NCBI GenBank assembly: GCA_043806035.1 | Contig: JAZDHK010000023.1 | Location: 21,877-85,876, forward strand | From: an archaeon | GTDB lineage: Archaea; Nanobdellota; Nanobdellia; Woesearchaeales; UBA9642 | Reading direction: 5' to 3' | Length of the DNA stretch: 64,000 nucleotides | Shown here: piece by piece, positions 36,486 through 48,190 of the stretch | How the letters are laid out: each line of letters opens with the position of its first letter | How positions within the stretch are numbered: the first letter of the stretch is position 1 | Program-made: the position numbers and the translations under genes | Notes under the pieces: model-generated | What the model saw: only the letters and a program-made list of their open reading frames with translations | Told to the model about the DNA's origin: nothing | The model's database searches: none

Positions 36486-37644
36486 AGAGCAATCCTTGTG
36501 CGTACTCTCTCAAGAACGGCGTGCTCATGGTGCCGAATGCTGCATCTCCTAATCGTTCTCCAAATGTATCGCCTTGCAGTTTGCTCTCATAGAACGTGTC
36601 TGCAAACTTGCCGTGCTGCTTGAGGATGTGTCCTTCCCTGAGCAGATGAAAGAGCTTCACCCGCTGCATGTTCATCCTGTCTCTGCTGACGAGATCTGCT
36701 TCGCGTGATTTTCTGATTATTTCATCGACGTCGCTTCTTGTTCTGTCTGCAAGCTGTTGCTGTATCAGGATGTTTTTCTGCTCGGTGAGGAATAGGTCAT
36801 GATAGTCTTTAGGGAATTTGAAAGGGTGCCCATAGGCGTGCGTGAACTCTTCCCTGGCAGCACGGCTGGCATGCATGCTCTCCTTGTATTCAGCAGGCGC
36901 ATGCAACAGGCCATAGATGTATTCCTGGAGACGTGCGGCGAACGAGCTGACGTAACAGGAGACGTTCGGTTCTTTCGTGAGCAGCGTATCTATCATGAGA
37001 AATCCATCCCGTACATTTTTTGTGTGGAAGGTGCCGCTCTTGTTCAGTGCCTGGTCCATGATGCGTATCTCGTTGAGAATCTGCTTGCCTCGCTTGATGC
37101 GTGCGCGCATGTAGTTGTTCGTCATGCCAAGTTTTGGATTGACGGCATTGATGGCGTCGGCGAGAGAAAAATAGTAGATTGACTTCCTTCTCGTATAGTA
37201 TGCTTTGGTGAGTGCCTCTTCGCCGTCTTCGTATTCGAGAATTTTGTTGGATATGCTCCGTACTGCTCTGGCGAAGAACGGGATGCTGATGCGATGCTCG
37301 GAAGGAATAGCCAAGGATTTGAGCGATTTGCCGATGCGTTCTTTCGTCTGTGGCGTTCCTTCGATGAATGCCTCAGCGTTCTGCATAAGCTCTGGTGAGA
37401 GAGGGAATTGTTGGACATCCTGGATGTACCGTGCAGTAAATACTGCTGCCGCATCAGGATCGGTGTCGATGAGCTCCCCGTATCGTGATAGGAAGATGTT
37501 TCTTTGCAGCGACGGAGATACTGATTGTATGCTGTCGATAAGAGGGGTGATACGCGCATCGAGTTGTGCGCGCTGCTCATCCGTGTAGAGCATGTCCTCT
37601 ATCCGTCGTGGTTGCACCATATCTTTCATGCGTGTTCGAAGCAT
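36475..37644 (-). CDS. hypothetical protein
   Basis: The product is 389 aa with no clear motif. Confidence 0.3.
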   Translation of the reverse strand: MLRTRMKDMVQPRRIEDMLYTDEQRAQLDARITPLIDSIQSVSPSLQRNIFLSRYGELIDTDPDAAAVFTARYIQDVQQFPLSPELMQNAEAFIEGTPQTKERIGKSLKSLAIPSEHRISIPFFARAVRSISNKILEYEDGEEALTKAYYTRRKSIYYFSLADAINAVNPKLGMTNNYMRARIKRGKQILNEIRIMDQALNKSGTFHTKNVRDGFLMIDTLLTKEPNVSCYVSSFAARLQEYIYGLLHAPAEYKESMHASRAAREEFTHAYGHPFKFPKDYHDLFLTEQKNILIQQQLADRTRSDVDEIIRKSREADLVSRDRMNMQRVKLFHLLREGHILKQHGKFADTFYESKLQGDTFGERLGDAAFGTMSTPFLREYAQGLLFRH

Positions 37645-37686
37645 GCTTGTCGTATATAAATGTTTCTATTTGTAATCACTATATAG

Positions 37687-38385
37687 TTATAACTTTTTTA
37701 GTGCGTCTGGCAATGCCATGATGGACAGAATGGTTTTGTCGACGAAGGGATAGTGCACGTCTCGCTGTAATGCTTCCTGTGTCCAGATGGTTTTCATGCC
37801 GAGCTGTTTTGCAGGCAGCAAATCCATCTCCGGATGATCGCCCACCATGGCTATTTCCTGAGGTCGCAGCTGGAGCTGCTTCATGATGAGCCGCCAGCCT
37901 GCAGGATCAGGTTTGTTCGCGAACACGTCATCGCTCGTCACAATCTTTTTGAAAAATTGGTCAATGCAGAGCTTCTTGATGCGTTCGAGCTTTATGGGTT
38001 TGTAGCCGTCACTGTCGCTGAACATGCAGAGCGTGTACTGCGTTGACAGTTCTTGGAGAATCTCTATTGTTCCAGGAAATAACGTGCTGACCTCGAGGAT
38101 TTTCTTCCAATACGCATCCTCGAGTGATTTCACTTCAGGAATATCATAGTCTGCGTTGAGCGTATGCAATGCTGTGCTGATCCAGGTCTCCCTGCTCATG
38201 TCGATAGGTCGTTTGGTCTTATGCACGTACTTAGCCTTGGCTGCATTGAATGCATCAAGAAACGCTTTTTGCGTGAGTCCGTACTGCTTAGCGGCGAGTG
38301 AAGCCACCTGTGCATCAGCCTCCGCTTCTGCAGGGCTCCACCGCTCCAACGTATCGTCAAAATCAAAGATGACTGCACTAATCAT
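37687..38385 (-). CDS. HAD superfamily hydrolase
   Basis: Motif I FDFDDTL, a motif III lysine and motif IV GDHPEMD are present. Confidence 0.75.
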   Translation of the reverse strand: MISAVIFDFDDTLERWSPAEAEADAQVASLAAKQYGLTQKAFLDAFNAAKAKYVHKTKRPIDMSRETWISTALHTLNADYDIPEVKSLEDAYWKKILEVSTLFPGTIEILQELSTQYTLCMFSDSDGYKPIKLERIKKLCIDQFFKKIVTSDDVFANKPDPAGWRLIMKQLQLRPQEIAMVGDHPEMDLLPAKQLGMKTIWTQEALQRDVHYPFVDKTILSIMALPDALKKL

Positions 38386-38621
38386 AGCATCTCATCGATG
38401 GGTGGTTTTTTGCCATCCTTCTTCTCGACTGCCTCTTTCTGCAGATCAACGCCTAATTCCTTGAGCGCTGAGACGTGCATGTGCATGAGCTGCTCGACAA
38501 TCTGCAGAATCCGTGCCAGCTCCTGCCTCTCCTTTGCCAGTGTTGACAATGCGCCTTTATGAAATCCTATCTGCTCCTCTTTTGTTTCCTTGCTCGCTTC
38601 TGGTTTGTCTTTCTTCGCCAT
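38382..38621 (-). CDS. small coiled-coil protein
   Basis: The product is 79 aa, Lys/Glu-rich, and overlaps the HAD gene by 4 nt. Confidence 0.3.
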   Translation of the reverse strand: MAKKDKPEASKETKEEQIGFHKGALSTLAKERQELARILQIVEQLMHMHVSALKELGVDLQKEAVEKKDGKKPPIDEML

Positions 38622-38635
38622 AGTCTCTCCTCAAT

Positions 38636-39226
38636 ATGCTTTTTGCACAAAGAGTGACGGCAATATTTATAAAGATGCTTTATTTTTGGGGATACATGCT
38701 GTTGCAACAGATTTCCCAAACCGTCTTGACGATCATCGTCGCCGTTCTTGTCTTGTTTATGGGGCTTATCCTTGGACTGGTCTTGCGCAAGTTGATCAAG
38801 CGTCTCCTAGGCATTCTCAAGCTGAACGACGTGCTCTATCGTCTTAGCGGTGTTAAGACGAAGATGGACGTAGTGCTTTCTTGGGCAGTCGCCATGGCAG
38901 TGTATGCTATTACTATTTATCTTGTGTTGGGCAAGCTCGGCATTCTTCGCGTTGCGGGAATATTATTTTTTTCCTGCCTTGGCGTGTTGTTCCTGCTCTG
39001 GCTGCTCTTCGGTGCCAAAGATGCAATAACGAATTACTTTGCGGGAAGACCGCTGCGCAAACACCTGCACGTGGGAAGCGCGGTTTCATTCGGGTCTATC
39101 AAAGGCATCGTGCAACGGCTGGGCGCGTGTGAGTGCGTGCTTAGAAGTGGGGACGAGCTGTACGTCGTTCCCTACATCATTGCAGTTTCTCCAGCAAAGA
39201 AGAAACGTGATAAATCTGTGTCCTGA
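38636..39226 (+). CDS. small MscS-like mechanosensitive channel domain protein
   Basis: TM helices are followed by VGSAVSFGSIKGIVQRL...RSGDELYVVPY, which matches the MscS beta-domain pattern. The product is shorter than canonical MscS. Confidence 0.4.
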   Translation: MLFAQRVTAIFIKMLYFWGYMLLQQISQTVLTIIVAVLVLFMGLILGLVLRKLIKRLLGILKLNDVLYRLSGVKTKMDVVLSWAVAMAVYAITIYLVLGKLGILRVAGILFFSCLGVLFLLWLLFGAKDAITNYFAGRPLRKHLHVGSAVSFGSIKGIVQRLGACECVLRSGDELYVVPYIIAVSPAKKKRDKSVS

Positions 39227-39428
39227 CGAATCCCTGCAGGTTGTTGTCTTCTGCAAGCGAGTCAAGCAGGGTGAGGCTTTTGTTGACGATGAGTGAGCTG
39301 TCTTCCTTCTTGTTTTGCAGGTTTTCTCTGATTTCGCGCATCCGCTCCCGAACGTTACGGGGAAGGTCGTCATCTGTTTCTAGTTCCTGTAGCGCTTTGA
39401 GCAACTCGATAAGGACGTCATGTTTCAT
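39177..39428 (-). CDS. UPF0147-family small protein
   Basis: LPRNVRER...NLQGFVRTQIYHVSSLLEKL resembles the archaeal UPF0147 pattern. Confidence 0.4.
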   Translation of the reverse strand: MKHDVLIELLKALQELETDDDLPRNVRERMREIRENLQNKKEDSSLIVNKSLTLLDSLAEDNNLQGFVRTQIYHVSSLLEKLQ

Positions 39429-39432
39429 GGTT

Positions 39433-39741
39433 TCACTTCATCTTGGCAAGAACAGCAGAACGAATGTCCTCTGATTTTTTCTTGAGCTTCTCTTCCTGCT
39501 TCTCTATGTTTTTTATGCGTATGACCAATAATTCTTTCTTCTCCTGTAATTCCTGACGAAGCTGTGCTGTTGGTGTTTTGACCATGAGGTTGCCGATGAT
39601 CCTGTAGGCGTCATCTTGCTGTGTGAGTTCCTGCAGTGCAGATTCTAGTTCTGCCTGCTGTGCCTGGAACTGCTGACGCTGGCCTGACAGATGCTGGATG
39701 TTCTGTTCAATCACTTGGAGTTGTTGGATGTCTTTTTCCAT
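39433..39741 (-). CDS. pfdB: prefoldin beta subunit
   Basis: The 102-aa product is coiled-coil, then a beta hairpin (LMVKT), then coiled-coil. Confidence 0.85.
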   Translation of the reverse strand: MEKDIQQLQVIEQNIQHLSGQRQQFQAQQAELESALQELTQQDDAYRIIGNLMVKTPTAQLRQELQEKKELLVIRIKNIEKQEEKLKKKSEDIRSAVLAKMK

Positions 39742-39955
39742 GTTCGCTCAGTTGCTCATGCAAGGTGAGGAGCTTCGTTATGGCGTTGCAGGTCGTGCGC
39801 AATGCGACTGAGTCCTGCGCTTGGATGGTGAAGATAGTCTTCGTTGCGTCATGCAGCACGGCATACGTCGCCCTGTTGCCGATGTTCTTATCCTCTGCGG
39901 CAAAACTTTTTGCAATGCTGCCGTGCGGGTCATCGATGGTGATGGTGGCGTTCAT
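39707..39955 (-). CDS. pcc1: KEOPS complex subunit Pcc1-like
   Basis: The product is 82 aa, and its position next to pfdB and rpoP is conserved in archaea. Confidence 0.5.
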   Translation of the reverse strand: MNATITIDDPHGSIAKSFAAEDKNIGNRATYAVLHDATKTIFTIQAQDSVALRTTCNAITKLLTLHEQLSEHGKRHPTTPSD

Positions 39956-40089
39956 CGTGCCTTGAGCTTTGTCGTTGTCGTCCTTGTCTTGAAGAGAATC
40001 CTGCTGCCGCAGTATGGGCAGCGGACGCGCTTCTTGATGTACGTGTCAGCGACGGGTTTGCTGCAGTTGAAGCATTTGTACTCGACCAT
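39952..40089 (-). CDS. rpoP: DNA-directed RNA polymerase subunit P (Rpb12)
   Basis: The product is MVEYKCFNCSK...RCPYCGSRILFKTR. Confidence 0.75.
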   Translation of the reverse strand: MVEYKCFNCSKPVADTYIKKRVRCPYCGSRILFKTRTTTTKLKAR

Positions 40090-40099
40090 GGCCCACCTC

Positions 40100-40324
40100 T
40101 TACTGAACCTCGAATTTGACGAGGCTGTATGCTCTGCTCGTGAATTTCGTGTCGCATTTTCTGCAATGCCAAATGCCCGCGGCAACCCGTTTTACCTGGG
40201 TTTTCCTACAGTAGGGGCAGAGATGCTTCTTGCGCTGCTCTGCCTCGATCTTGCCGAACTTCTCTTTGACTGTTCTGCCGTATCGTGCGCCAAATCGTTT
40301 CATTGCCGGATGTTTTGTTACCAT
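40100..40324 (-). CDS. rpl37ae: 50S ribosomal protein L37Ae
   Basis: The product contains CPYCRK..WHCRKCDTKF. Confidence 0.85.
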   Translation of the reverse strand: MVTKHPAMKRFGARYGRTVKEKFGKIEAEQRKKHLCPYCRKTQVKRVAAGIWHCRKCDTKFTSRAYSLVKFEVQ

Positions 40325-40340
40325 GCACTCACCGTGAAGT

Positions 40341-40445
40341 GGGGCTGCCCAGACTTTCTGCAGTCCTGCATCGCAGGGTTGCGTTCGAACTGGGGTCTTC
40401 TGGTCCCAAACCAGAAAGGATGGACCAAGCTACCCTACAGCCCCT
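40341..40445 (-). tRNA. tRNA-Pro (anticodon UGG) with putative 30-nt non-canonical intron between positions 59/60 (T-loop)
   Basis: On the minus strand, the acceptor GGGGCUG/CAGCCCC, the D-arm GGGU..AUCC with GG, the anticodon stem UCUGG/CCAGA with loop UUUGGGA, and the T-stem CCCAG/CUGGG are all present. The T-loop reads UUCGAA[30 nt]U. The discriminator is A. Confidence 0.7.
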
Positions 40446-40577
40446 TTTCGTCCCTGAGAACAGCAGTGCTTTTTTAAATGTTGTGCTTTCCCACTATGTG
40501 CATTTTTGAGGAGGGTCATGAAATGCATCGTGACTGAAAAATACTCTTTGCAGAAAGCAAACACCTGCATGTGGCAA

Positions 40578-42785
40578 TCATACGATTTTCTCGATGTGCC
40601 TGCATTTGGGGAAAGTCGAGCAGCCGTAGAACTGGCCGTAGATGGACTTTCTCAGGAGAAGGTTGCCACCGCACTTCGGGCATTTCTTGACGATCTTTCC
40701 TGATGCTACGCCATCTGCTTCCTTCTGCGCCTTCTTGTCCTCTGATTTCTTTGCAGGACAGTCAGGATTGATGCATGCTTCTCTTTTTCTTCTTCCCGAA
40801 ATGACGAGCACTTGCGGATAAGAGCAATGCGCGCACGGTGTAGGCAGCGACTTGATGATGCCGAAGACGGGGATGTTGAATGTCGCCTCGCAATCAGGAT
40901 ATTTGTCGCACGCGATGAATCGTTTCTTGAACTTCTTGCTCATCATGATACGTAACGTTCCCTGCTTGCATATCGGGCACGGTCCAATATAGCTTTCTTT
41001 CTCTCGCGTCTCCTGCAATGCTTCCTTCAGCTCTTCGCCTATCGCTTTCTCTTTCTTCTGGAAATTGGTGAGGATCTTGGTGAGCGTCTGCTTTGCCTCG
41101 TCCAGGACTTGCTCTGCGGTCATCTGCTTCCGGCGGATCTTTTCCATCTCCACTTCAAAATGCCTCGTCAGTTTGTCATCGACAATCTCGGGCACGTACT
41201 TAGTCAGGAGTTCTGCAGTCTTCATGCCGAAGTCAGTAACTTTGATGGACTCGTCCTCGATGTAGCCGCGTTGGTAGAGGCTCTCGATGACGGCAGCACG
41301 GGTGGATTTCGTTCCTAAATTCCTCTTCTCGAGCTCCTTGATGACAGATGCTGGCGTGAACCGTTTCGGCGGCTGGGTCATCTTGTCCAGTTTGTCTATG
41401 CTCTTTGTCTTGAACACATCGCCTTCCTTTGCCGCAGGCAATTCTTGCTCCTCAAGTTTCACATATCCTTGATAGAATGCATGCCATCCTTCGATGGTCG
41501 TCCTCGTTCCTTTTGCGATGAACGGCTCGCCAGCAATGTCTATGCTTATGCTGACCGTCTCTCGCTCGGCAGGACTGCTAAAGCAACTCAGGAAACGCTT
41601 GACGATAAGATCATATATTTTTCCTTCCCGCTCCCGGAACACGTGTGCATGCCCAGTAGGATAGATTGCAGGATGTGCGGGATCGGTCTTCTTGCCCTCG
41701 CTCGGCTTCAGTGGACTGTGCTGTTTCAGGAGTTGATCGACGAGCTGCTTGTACTGCGGTTGCTTGGCGAGACTGCTGAGTATTTTCTGGTAGCCAATGC
41801 TTGCAGGAAGTTGCTGGCTGCTCGTTCTTGGATAGGAAATGAATCCTCCCGTGTAGAGTCCTTGTGCGATGTCAAGCGCATCTTTTGGAGGAATTCTGAA
41901 CAGCCGATACGCTTCTGTCTGCAATGAGGTGAGGTCAAAAGGGAAGGGTGGTGCTTGTGTCGACTTCTTCCTATCTATGGCGGTGACCTTGCCATCCTTG
42001 CCGCTTGTTTTTGTCAGCACCGCTTTGCACGTTTTTTCGTCAGTGAATTTATCTGTGGCGTGCTGGGCGATGAGTGCGTGCTTGTTGAGCGTGCCGCGCG
42101 CTTCGAGCTGCCAGAACGGCTCCGCCGTGAACGCCTGTATCTCTTTCTCTTTCACTGTCAGCAATTTCAGCGTTGGGCCTTGTACCCTTCCGACGCTGAG
42201 CGTTCGATAGGTTTTTGCTTTCTTGAGCGCGAGCATGAGTGCCCTGCTGAGATTGATGCCGTAATACCAGTCGAGCACATGCCGTGTCTCTCCGGCGATG
42301 GCCTGCCCCCAATCAAGCGTCTTGCTCTTCTGTGCATAGCTCTCGATGAGGTCTTCTTTGGTGAGCGTCGAGAATTTCATGCGCTGCGCATCTTTCTGCT
42401 TGCACGCATAGCGTATGCAGTTGAGGCCGATGACCTCTCCTTCAATGTCATAGTCCGTTGCTACGGTGAATGCGGATGCATCCTTGGCGAGCTTCTTGAG
42501 CGTGTCCACATATTTTTTCGTAAATGCGGCTTTCTTGTCCACATCTGCGCTGGCCTTCCACGTGATATCATAGACGGGATAGGTGAATGATTTTTCTTTT
42601 TCAGAAACGGTGAAGAGGTGGCCGACGGCGCAGCTCACAACGATGTCCTGCTTGCCATGTGTAATCCGATAAAAGGCAATGCCTTTGTTGCTTTCCTTGA
42701 TTGGTTTTCCGTCGGCAAGGCTCTCTGCAATCTTCTTCATTGCATTCGGCTTTTCCGTGATGATGAGCTCGTACGATTCGGGCAT
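40578..42785 (-). CDS. topA: DNA topoisomerase I (type IA) with C-terminal zinc ribbons
   Basis: The Toprim LIITEKP, active-site region and multiple C4 fingers are present. The start is placed at MPESYE. Confidence 0.9.
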   Translation of the reverse strand: MPESYELIITEKPNAMKKIAESLADGKPIKESNKGIAFYRITHGKQDIVVSCAVGHLFTVSEKEKSFTYPVYDITWKASADVDKKAAFTKKYVDTLKKLAKDASAFTVATDYDIEGEVIGLNCIRYACKQKDAQRMKFSTLTKEDLIESYAQKSKTLDWGQAIAGETRHVLDWYYGINLSRALMLALKKAKTYRTLSVGRVQGPTLKLLTVKEKEIQAFTAEPFWQLEARGTLNKHALIAQHATDKFTDEKTCKAVLTKTSGKDGKVTAIDRKKSTQAPPFPFDLTSLQTEAYRLFRIPPKDALDIAQGLYTGGFISYPRTSSQQLPASIGYQKILSSLAKQPQYKQLVDQLLKQHSPLKPSEGKKTDPAHPAIYPTGHAHVFREREGKIYDLIVKRFLSCFSSPAERETVSISIDIAGEPFIAKGTRTTIEGWHAFYQGYVKLEEQELPAAKEGDVFKTKSIDKLDKMTQPPKRFTPASVIKELEKRNLGTKSTRAAVIESLYQRGYIEDESIKVTDFGMKTAELLTKYVPEIVDDKLTRHFEVEMEKIRRKQMTAEQVLDEAKQTLTKILTNFQKKEKAIGEELKEALQETREKESYIGPCPICKQGTLRIMMSKKFKKRFIACDKYPDCEATFNIPVFGIIKSLPTPCAHCSYPQVLVISGRRKREACINPDCPAKKSEDKKAQKEADGVASGKIVKKCPKCGGNLLLRKSIYGQFYGCSTFPKCRHIEKIV

Positions 42786-43145
42786 GCATCGCGTTTGGCA
42801 CGGCATCATATAAAAACTTAACGACTCGCTTTTGCAAACGACGTTATTTTCCCGTCGAGAAATCGGCAAAAAAATGTGGCGAGCAGTACCTGTGCAAAAG
42901 AATGGTATGCTGTTCCAGCATCACTCTTCATCCAATTCGTCCAACGTCCAATAATCTTTTACCATATCGCACCAGCGCAGAGGTGTGCAGGCATATTGCC
43001 TTGCCAACACGATATGTAAAGTGTTGTATTGAGTTTATTTTTAATTGCTTTAAAAACACAACACTTTGATAAATAATGCGTGTTTTTTCGTGCGTGGCGG
43101 CAGTGCATGCACAAGTTATTTATATGCCTGCTCGTTCTTGTGCGC

Positions 43146-43988
43146 ATGCTCGATACGAAGCTCATGAAGAAGATCTCTGATTTCGTCTACGTGAAACCGA
43201 GGACGGTGCAGGAAGTGGCGCACCTCATCAACAAGAACTGGCGGACGGCAGACAGCTACCTTGCCAAGATCGCAGCAGAGGAAGGAACGATAGGTATGCG
43301 CACGTTCAGAGGAGGCACGAGAGGTGCATTGAAGATCGTGTTCTGGAATAATATAGAGAAAGTGCATAGTTACGCATTCCAGGAGCGGCTCATGCAGCGC
43401 ATCCAGACCTCGAGCACGAAAACGGACTTTAGCCCGTTTGACATCTACCAGTACGTTGATCCTAAGAAACGGCACGCGTTCATCGAGGCACAGGCTGATG
43501 ACGCAAAATCGGTGCAGCAAGACCTTGCGTCGGAGTTGCGTAAGGCACGGCATCAGGTATTACTTTTTTCTGGAAATCTCTCCTGGGCGAATCTGTCCAT
43601 GCGAAACAAGCAGATGATCGACGTGTTCGGGGAGCTCGCCAAAGCAAAAATATCCATCAAGATACTGTGTAGGGTGGATATTGCCAGCAAGAAGAATGTG
43701 GAGAAATTCCTTGCCATCAACGAGCAGGTGGGATTTGATGCGGTGGAGATCAGGCATGCCGAACAGCCGCTGCGTGCATTCATTATCGACAAAAACATGG
43801 TGCGGTTCAAGGAAATAAAGAACGTCCACGATTATGAATTGCGCAAGACGAAGCGAAACTACATCTTCTATGATTTGCTTGACGTGGAATGGGTGGAATG
43901 GACGCAAAACGTGTTCTGGAACATCTTCCGCGTCGCCATCCCTGCACGAAAACGCATCGAGGACATGGAGAGTATCCAGCAGCTCTGA
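43146..43988 (+). CDS. winged-HTH domain protein with uncharacterised C-terminal domain
   Basis: The N-terminus MLDTKLMKKISDFVYVKPRTVQEVAHLI is HTH-like. The start is uncertain; the ORF opens at a GTG at 43080. Confidence 0.35.
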   Translation: MLDTKLMKKISDFVYVKPRTVQEVAHLINKNWRTADSYLAKIAAEEGTIGMRTFRGGTRGALKIVFWNNIEKVHSYAFQERLMQRIQTSSTKTDFSPFDIYQYVDPKKRHAFIEAQADDAKSVQQDLASELRKARHQVLLFSGNLSWANLSMRNKQMIDVFGELAKAKISIKILCRVDIASKKNVEKFLAINEQVGFDAVEIRHAEQPLRAFIIDKNMVRFKEIKNVHDYELRKTKRNYIFYDLLDVEWVEWTQNVFWNIFRVAIPARKRIEDMESIQQL

Positions 43989-44079
43989 ATTGCCTGATTT
44001 TGTGTTTTCTTATGCGGCAAAACTGCATCTCCACACTGAAACTTCCTTAAATACAGATGGCTTTGTCTGTGTGTGATTT

Positions 44080-44550
44080 ATGATGAGAGCACTCCCCGTA
44101 ATCGGATTAACAGCACTCTTGCTTGTTGGCTGCTGTGCCAGTAACCAACAGGAAACGCCAGACTACAGGAATGAGTATCTAAGTACTACACAACAGACTG
44201 TAGAATCAATAGCCGAACTTGATGGAACAATCGTTGATGTACAACAAGGACACATCTCCTATTGCGGTAGTTGGGATACTCGCTGGGATGGTTCACAGAT
44301 ATCTGCAAATCACGAGATAGAATATGTTCTCGTTCAGGGAAATGACAACAGCAGGCATGTCCTGATTTATCCGTTCACGAAGGCAATCTGGCAAGGCCCC
44401 GCAACACTCAAGTACAGAGAACTTCCCTCAGGCCGGATTGATGCGAACACGTTCATCGACAACTATCTTGACAAAAGCTACTTCACCGATGACAACGTCG
44501 TTCTTGAAGCGGATGGCATCATTGTCGGAAATGGCATTATCTATAACTAG
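44080..44550 (+). CDS. putative lipoprotein
   Basis: The N-terminus MMRALPVIGLTALLLVGC|CAS has a classic lipobox (L-V-G-C), and the locus is lower in GC. Confidence 0.5.
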   Translation: MMRALPVIGLTALLLVGCCASNQQETPDYRNEYLSTTQQTVESIAELDGTIVDVQQGHISYCGSWDTRWDGSQISANHEIEYVLVQGNDNSRHVLIYPFTKAIWQGPATLKYRELPSGRIDANTFIDNYLDKSYFTDDNVVLEADGIIVGNGIIYN

Positions 44551-44563
44551 TGGATTTTTGTTC

Positions 44564-44821
44564 TTATTCATACACCCATTCCGGATGCCCGAAATGAAGC
44601 ACGAGGTCTACGCCGAGATGCTTGACTTCGAGAGGAAGGTCGCAGCTGCCAAAGTTCGAGCCGCTCCAGATGAGCAGCTCTGCAGTTGTGTGCTTGCGCA
44701 GCGCCTCCTGGATTTCTTTTGCTCGAGGCTTTAGTCCATCAGGCAATTGGATAAGAATGCATGTCGGCTGCGATTTCTTGATGGCGGCAATTGCCTTGTC
44801 GAGCTCAAGATTGTACGTCAT
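44564..44821 (-). pseudogene. dph2: truncated remnant of diphthamide synthase Dph2 (first approximately 85 aa only)
   Basis: CILIQLPDGLKPRAKEI...IWSGSNFGSCDL...DLVLHFGHPEW matches Dph2 domain 1. The reading frame stops about 250 aa short of full length. Confidence 0.55.
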
Positions 44822-45542
44822 CTTGTGCATCATCTTCAGAATCGTCTTCCTTTTCCTGTCCTTCATCTGTTGGCTGCTCTTCGGCAGGCTCCTCTGCAAA
44901 ATCTTCTTCGTCCTTCGGCTTCTCGAAGACAATGTCCGTTCCCTTCTCATCAACAGTTTCTCGCAGGTTCTTTTGCTCGCGATGGAACATGTAGATCTCT
45001 GCAGTCCGTATGGGATAGAGCTTGGTGAGCTTCTCCCGCAGTTGCTTCTGCAGGTTGCTTTTGATGAGTTCCTGTGTGAGTGTCTCGAAGGTGTTGGCGT
45101 GGCTGAATTCCTTGAAGAACAACCGCACGCCTTTCCGGAGCTTGGTGCTGATTGCCTTGTTAACCAGATTGTTTGTGATAATTAACGGTTTGATCCTGAC
45201 GAAAATGTCATCCTGTGTCTTGACGACAAAGCTGTCGGCTATTTTTGTCCGGCCGCGCTTGACCAATCGCTTGATGTTTGAGGGCACGAGTTCATATTTT
45301 TCCAGGCGTGTCTGCGCCTTGGTTCCTTCTATGCCTATGATTTTGAACTGCAAATACGTACCTTGCTTCTTCATGTCACCCAAGAGGTTTGCGATGCTGA
45401 CGCTCACGGTCCGGTCAGCAAGTTCTGTCGGCTCGTATGCAGGCGTCTCTCCGATGACTTTCTCGCCAAGTGATTCGGGAGCCAGTATGGTGAACCACTT
45501 CTTTTTCTTTTTAATAGGTGCTGCTTTCTTTGCTGCTGCCAT
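44805..45542 (-). CDS. rps3ae: 30S ribosomal protein S3Ae (S1e)
   Basis: The N-terminus KKKKKWFTILAP and an acidic C-terminal tail are present. Confidence 0.9.
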   Translation of the reverse strand: MAAAKKAAPIKKKKKWFTILAPESLGEKVIGETPAYEPTELADRTVSVSIANLLGDMKKQGTYLQFKIIGIEGTKAQTRLEKYELVPSNIKRLVKRGRTKIADSFVVKTQDDIFVRIKPLIITNNLVNKAISTKLRKGVRLFFKEFSHANTFETLTQELIKSNLQKQLREKLTKLYPIRTAEIYMFHREQKNLRETVDEKGTDIVFEKPKDEEDFAEEPAEEQPTDEGQEKEDDSEDDAQDDVQS

Positions 45543-45683
45543 GCGTTGCCGAGAACAATGGGCTATTTAAAAAGCTTACTGTTTGTCCGAGTGGGATGAA
45601 GTCAGGTCTTCCTGTAGGATCCTTGATGCGTTTCGGTAAATGCAAAAACGGGACAAGGTAGATTTATAAGTGATGCTGCATTC

Positions 45684-46085
45684 TTGGGCAGCGGTGATAT
45701 CATGAGAAAAACATTAGGTCTCTTGGTTATGGGTGTGGGATTGGCAGTTGCTGTGCAAGCGCAGGACAAGGCAGTGAGCGATACGATCTATGTCGACCTT
45801 GCTGAAATGATGCCTGTTGTCCAGGCAGGAACAACGTTCGGTTTCAACTATTCTGAAGCGTATCTTGACAAAGAGACAGAGTCAGTCGACTATAGATATG
45901 TCCAGCTCATCGGAGAATGTGCGACATCCAATAAGCTGGTTGAAGCGCTTTCGGATATAACCGCATCGCAGGAACTCTATACATCTGGAGAATTCGTTTT
46001 TGTGGGTGTAAAAAAAGATGACGGGATCTTTTATGCAAAAAAAATGCTCTCGCCAATCAGTGAAGACTATCTGAACTTGAAGTAA
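45684..46085 (+). CDS. secreted hypothetical protein (Sec signal peptide)
   Basis: The signal MRKTLGLLVMGVGLAVAVQAQD is present. Confidence 0.4.
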   Translation: MGSGDIMRKTLGLLVMGVGLAVAVQAQDKAVSDTIYVDLAEMMPVVQAGTTFGFNYSEAYLDKETESVDYRYVQLIGECATSNKLVEALSDITASQELYTSGEFVFVGVKKDDGIFYAKKMLSPISEDYLNLK

Positions 46086-48119
<2,034 letters not shown>

Positions 48120-48190
48120 TTAAGAAACCATTTTTGTTTATAAAACTTACGAAATGCCTGGAAAGATTTAAGTAGTTCTGCTCTCCTCTG

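Noticed and set aside
40285-40509. 74-aa plus-strand ORF
   Set aside because: It coincides with the minus-strand tRNA-Pro.
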